Part shown: positions 60,700 through 64,000 of the stretch, piece after piece
Numbering within the stretch: position 1 is the first letter of the stretch
How the letters are laid out: each line of letters opens with the position of its first letter
Origin: Antedon mediterranea
Lineage: Eukaryota; Animalia; Echinodermata
DNA length: 64,000 bases
Direction: 5' to 3'
Assembly: GCF_964355755.1 (NCBI RefSeq)
Contig: NC_092671.1
Location: 1,984,001-2,048,000, forward strand
Notes under the pieces: generated by a model
Told to the model about the DNA's origin: nothing
Seen by the model: only the letters and a program-made list of their open reading frames with translations
Database searches by the model: none
Translations under genes and position numbers: made by a program

Positions 60700-62812
60700 C
60701 TCCCAAAGACCTATGTACAGTAAATCCTGTCAAAAACATGCTCTACTGTATAATAAGTTGCCAACTTTCATCACAAATTGCACATGGAAAACCTATTTTA
60801 ACACATAAACACTTTAAACTCTGTTAATTCAAATTATTCCAACACAAACACAGTACAATAGCTGATTATCAACTCGTATGACTATTCTAATAGTATTATG
60901 ATATTATTAGTCATAAAAATATGTATTGTTGAACAATCTCACAATATGATTATTGTACAGCTAATAAGACCTTGGGTTTGGGGGCATAACAATACTAGAC
61001 ATCACATAGGCGTTGTAATATTTAAATAGGAATATACCATAATGTACAAAAAGGATGTAGCATACATTTAGTTTAATTGTGGGTGATAAAAACTAAGGTT
61101 TGGTGACACTGACAAAAAGTGGTGCATTCATAATTGTTACATTAAGAGAGGAGACGGGATTGCAAAATAAAATGAAGTACTGAAATTAATTTCAATGTTT
61201 ATTTCCAGTAGGGTAAAACACTTGTTTTTTTAGCACTAGGAGGTTATTGTAAATATACTAAAGAGTAGATCTCTCGGTTTAAATAATGGTAGGCTGGGTA
61301 AGCAGCACATAGTATTTATTTATTTATTTATTTATTAACAATATTTAACCAGGGTGGCCCAATCAGTCAAAAAGACTGGTCTCCCTTGGGGCCTTGGGTA
61401 CACAGAGAATATCTTAAAAGTCTCACAGAGCAACCTGTACCCTCAATTAAGAATTAGTATTTTTCACTGCAGAATCTATAGTAATTTTAGACACATTTAT
61501 TGTATCTACTTGTATTTTATATAATTTAATTTTTTTAATTAGCAAAGATACTGCCTCAGTGCAAATTTTGCAGTACAGTATGTACAATACAATATACTTT
61601 ATCAGTACAATACAATACAATTTCCAAATTAATAGAAAACTTGCTTCACAACCTTTCTAGTTCTGATGTGAATGGAGCAAAATTTTGTTCAAATCACCAA
61701 ACTAAAAACTCAAAACTCTCACTATATTTTTACAGATTATTTACGATGACTAATCATTTGTTCATTTGAACTTCTTTAAGGACATTGCATGTTATAAAAG
61801 ACAATCATTACTTTATTTATGGTACTATAAAAGAAATTAATAATTAAAACTAACGATTTAAATAATAAAATTCATCATTTTTTACCGACAGCTTGTAACC
61901 AATGGTTTTGAATGAATAGATGTTTACTATTCAAAACATGTGACTGCATTATGTAAGGTTGAGGATGTTGACATACTGGTGTTGTCTGTTTACTGTTTCA
62001 CTTACAACAGAATTAAGTGACAGAAGAAAGAACACTATCTTATCATATGACTGTATATTACATAGCCTATGTAAATACGCGAACGTGATTGGTTGAAACT
62101 GCATCACATGACTACCGCTGCGAGGATCGTAAATCGTATATATCCTCGAGAACGATGATATTGACTGTGTAATTTTCGCGTAATTATCGTGTCCTCTGTC
62201 ATTAAACATATAGATTCTCGAGTACGATGATATTGACTGTGTAATTTTCGTGTGCAACACTCGAGTTTGCCGATAAATAAACAAAAGTCATCTACTCGAT
62301 CTTGAACTCGGGTGGAATTGTCACTCCATCGCAAGACAACGTCTCATCCGCTGGGCCACGGAATTTGCTTGAAGAAAGTAATCTTCTAAACTATTTAAGC
62401 TATGCATACATAGCGCCCTCATTTGTTATAAGTCCACCCTAAATGTGATGAAACACCGTTTGTGATTGGTCAATACTCACGGTAGTAACCTAGTAACTAG
62501 TACGCGCTGAACATCCGGTGATTCGGCTCCTCGAAGATCGAGAGAAGACGAATTGTTTATTCGGCCTACCTGATTATAATATTATTATTAATAGGCTTAT
62601 TGATGGAAATTCTTCTGTTAATTTAAACGACCTAGGCCTAAGTGAATATTTTATTGCCAAGGAATCATTAATTAGTAATTATCTGTAGGCCTATATTATT
62701 CTTCGCAAGGTAAGGTGTCTAGGCAGGCTTGTTTTAAATACAATACAACTACTCCTATAGGAGGCCTAGCCTAGCTTCACCCAACCCAGCAGACTTGTTC
62801 TTGGCTATATAA

Positions 62813-63005
62813 TATAACAGATATTGCCTTTTATATCGGTTAAATATAAGATTTGACATCCCCTCGGGAATGATATTAAGTTCTCGGGGACTATATATTT
62901 CCCTCAGCTGGCGCTTCGGGAAATATATATTCCCTCGAACTTAATATCATTCCCTCGGGGATGTCAAATCTTATATTTAACCTCTAAGCAGTCAATATCT
63001 GTATA
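62813..63005. mobile_element. ~190-bp hairpin (foldback) MITE
   Basis: GGTTAAATATAAGATTTGACATCCCC..GGGAATGATATTAAGTTC is mirrored as its reverse complement; ACAGATATTG ends. Confidence 0.75.
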
Positions 63006-63655
63006 ATAGATAACACTTTAGTAGAATTATATAAGAAAGTACAGTAATAATCCTAGTTTTAAAAACTTATTGAAATGTTATATTTTTATAATATATTCAG
63101 AACATTAACAAGTCTTTAATAGTTCAACATGACTATAAAACTCCATTCTTCACTATCAAACTACTTTGACAAAAAAAGATGTGATATGTCCAAATATGGT
63201 AAATGCTCAAATATGGTACTGAGCACATCTTATTTTTTTGTTTGATAGTGTAGACTGAGCTTAATAATATTAGCACTGTTTTGACATCCAGATATTTTTT
63301 TTAATGAAAGAAAAACTATAGTAATTACGTTATGCCTAATGTCCAAACATGGATGGATGGATATGGGTGTGTTTTATTGTAGGCTTATAACAAGATAGGT
63401 CAGACAAACTGTTTAAGGTATTAAATAAAATTACATAATTTGACTATATAGACAGTGTGTGTACTCAAGCCTTTTCTGTACAGTTCTACTGTGATTATAT
63501 TTTTCTGTTAAATTCTACCAGTGATTTACCTTTTTGAAAATACAGTAGATAGAACATGGATCTATTGTCTATGGATATAACACCTCCTTTGGGACATCCC
63601 TAGAGACACTTTCCAGTGAAACAAATAAGGATATCTTTTAACAGTACTGCAAATA

Positions 63656-64000
63656 CCTATTTTGAGGACCCCCTATTTTGAGGGCCCCTATTTTGAGGTT
63701 CTCCTTTTTTGAGGTCCTCCTATTTTGAGGTCCTCCTATTTTGAGGACCTCCTATTTTGAGGACCCCCTATTTTGAGGGTCCCTATTTTGAGGTTCTCCT
63801 TTTTTGAGGTCCTCCTATTTTGAGGAACCCCTATTTTGAGGACCTCCTATTTTGAGGATCCCCTATTTTGAGGTCTTCCTATTTTGAGGTTCTCCTTTTT
63901 TGAGGTCCTCCTATTTTGAGGAACCCCTATTTTGAGGACCTCCTATTTTGAGGACCCCCTATTTTGAGGGCCCCTATTTTGAGGTTCTCCTTTTTTGAGG
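63656..64000. repeat. 16-bp minisatellite running off the window edge
   Basis: (TATTTTGAGGWCCYCC)n. Confidence 0.92.

Noticed and set aside
59558-64000. Search for the first ANKIB1 coding exon (start codon and first ankyrin repeat)
   Set aside because: No convincing phase-2 exon with a TPLHYAA-like motif found; presumed to lie beyond the window.

Overview
AT-rich, intron-rich animal (probably invertebrate) genomic DNA; there is no prokaryotic gene structure. Most of the window (7401-59557, minus strand) is a 5'-incomplete ANKIB1 gene: ankyrin repeats, UBA-like linker, RING1-IBR-RING2, Ariadne domain, UIM(s) and a long disordered tail. I assembled it by hand from 20 GT-AG exons with consistent phases (~1210 aa in window). 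Downstream is a two-exon prostanoid-receptor-like class A GPCR (1172-4082, minus). The ANKIB1 introns are packed with repeats: a full-length Gmr1-type Ty3/gypsy LTR retrotransposon (PR-IN-RT-RH order, identical LTRs, 5-bp TSD, tRNA-Leu PBS) inserted 24 nt from a splice acceptor; a nested LINE/hAT/Kolobok cluster; a Helentron-associated (HINE/DINE-1-like) element with an ~800-bp internal inverted repeat; many MITEs; and several minisatellites. The most unusual signals are (i) a 2.8-kb minisatellite whose unit is the 3' splice site of a coding exon, with the AG of the nearest competing unit mutated, (ii) a 16+16-bp P-element-type excision footprint, and (iii) near-identical inverted MITEs bracketing the two UIM exons. 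All calls were made by eye; family assignments rest on remembered motifs, not database searches.
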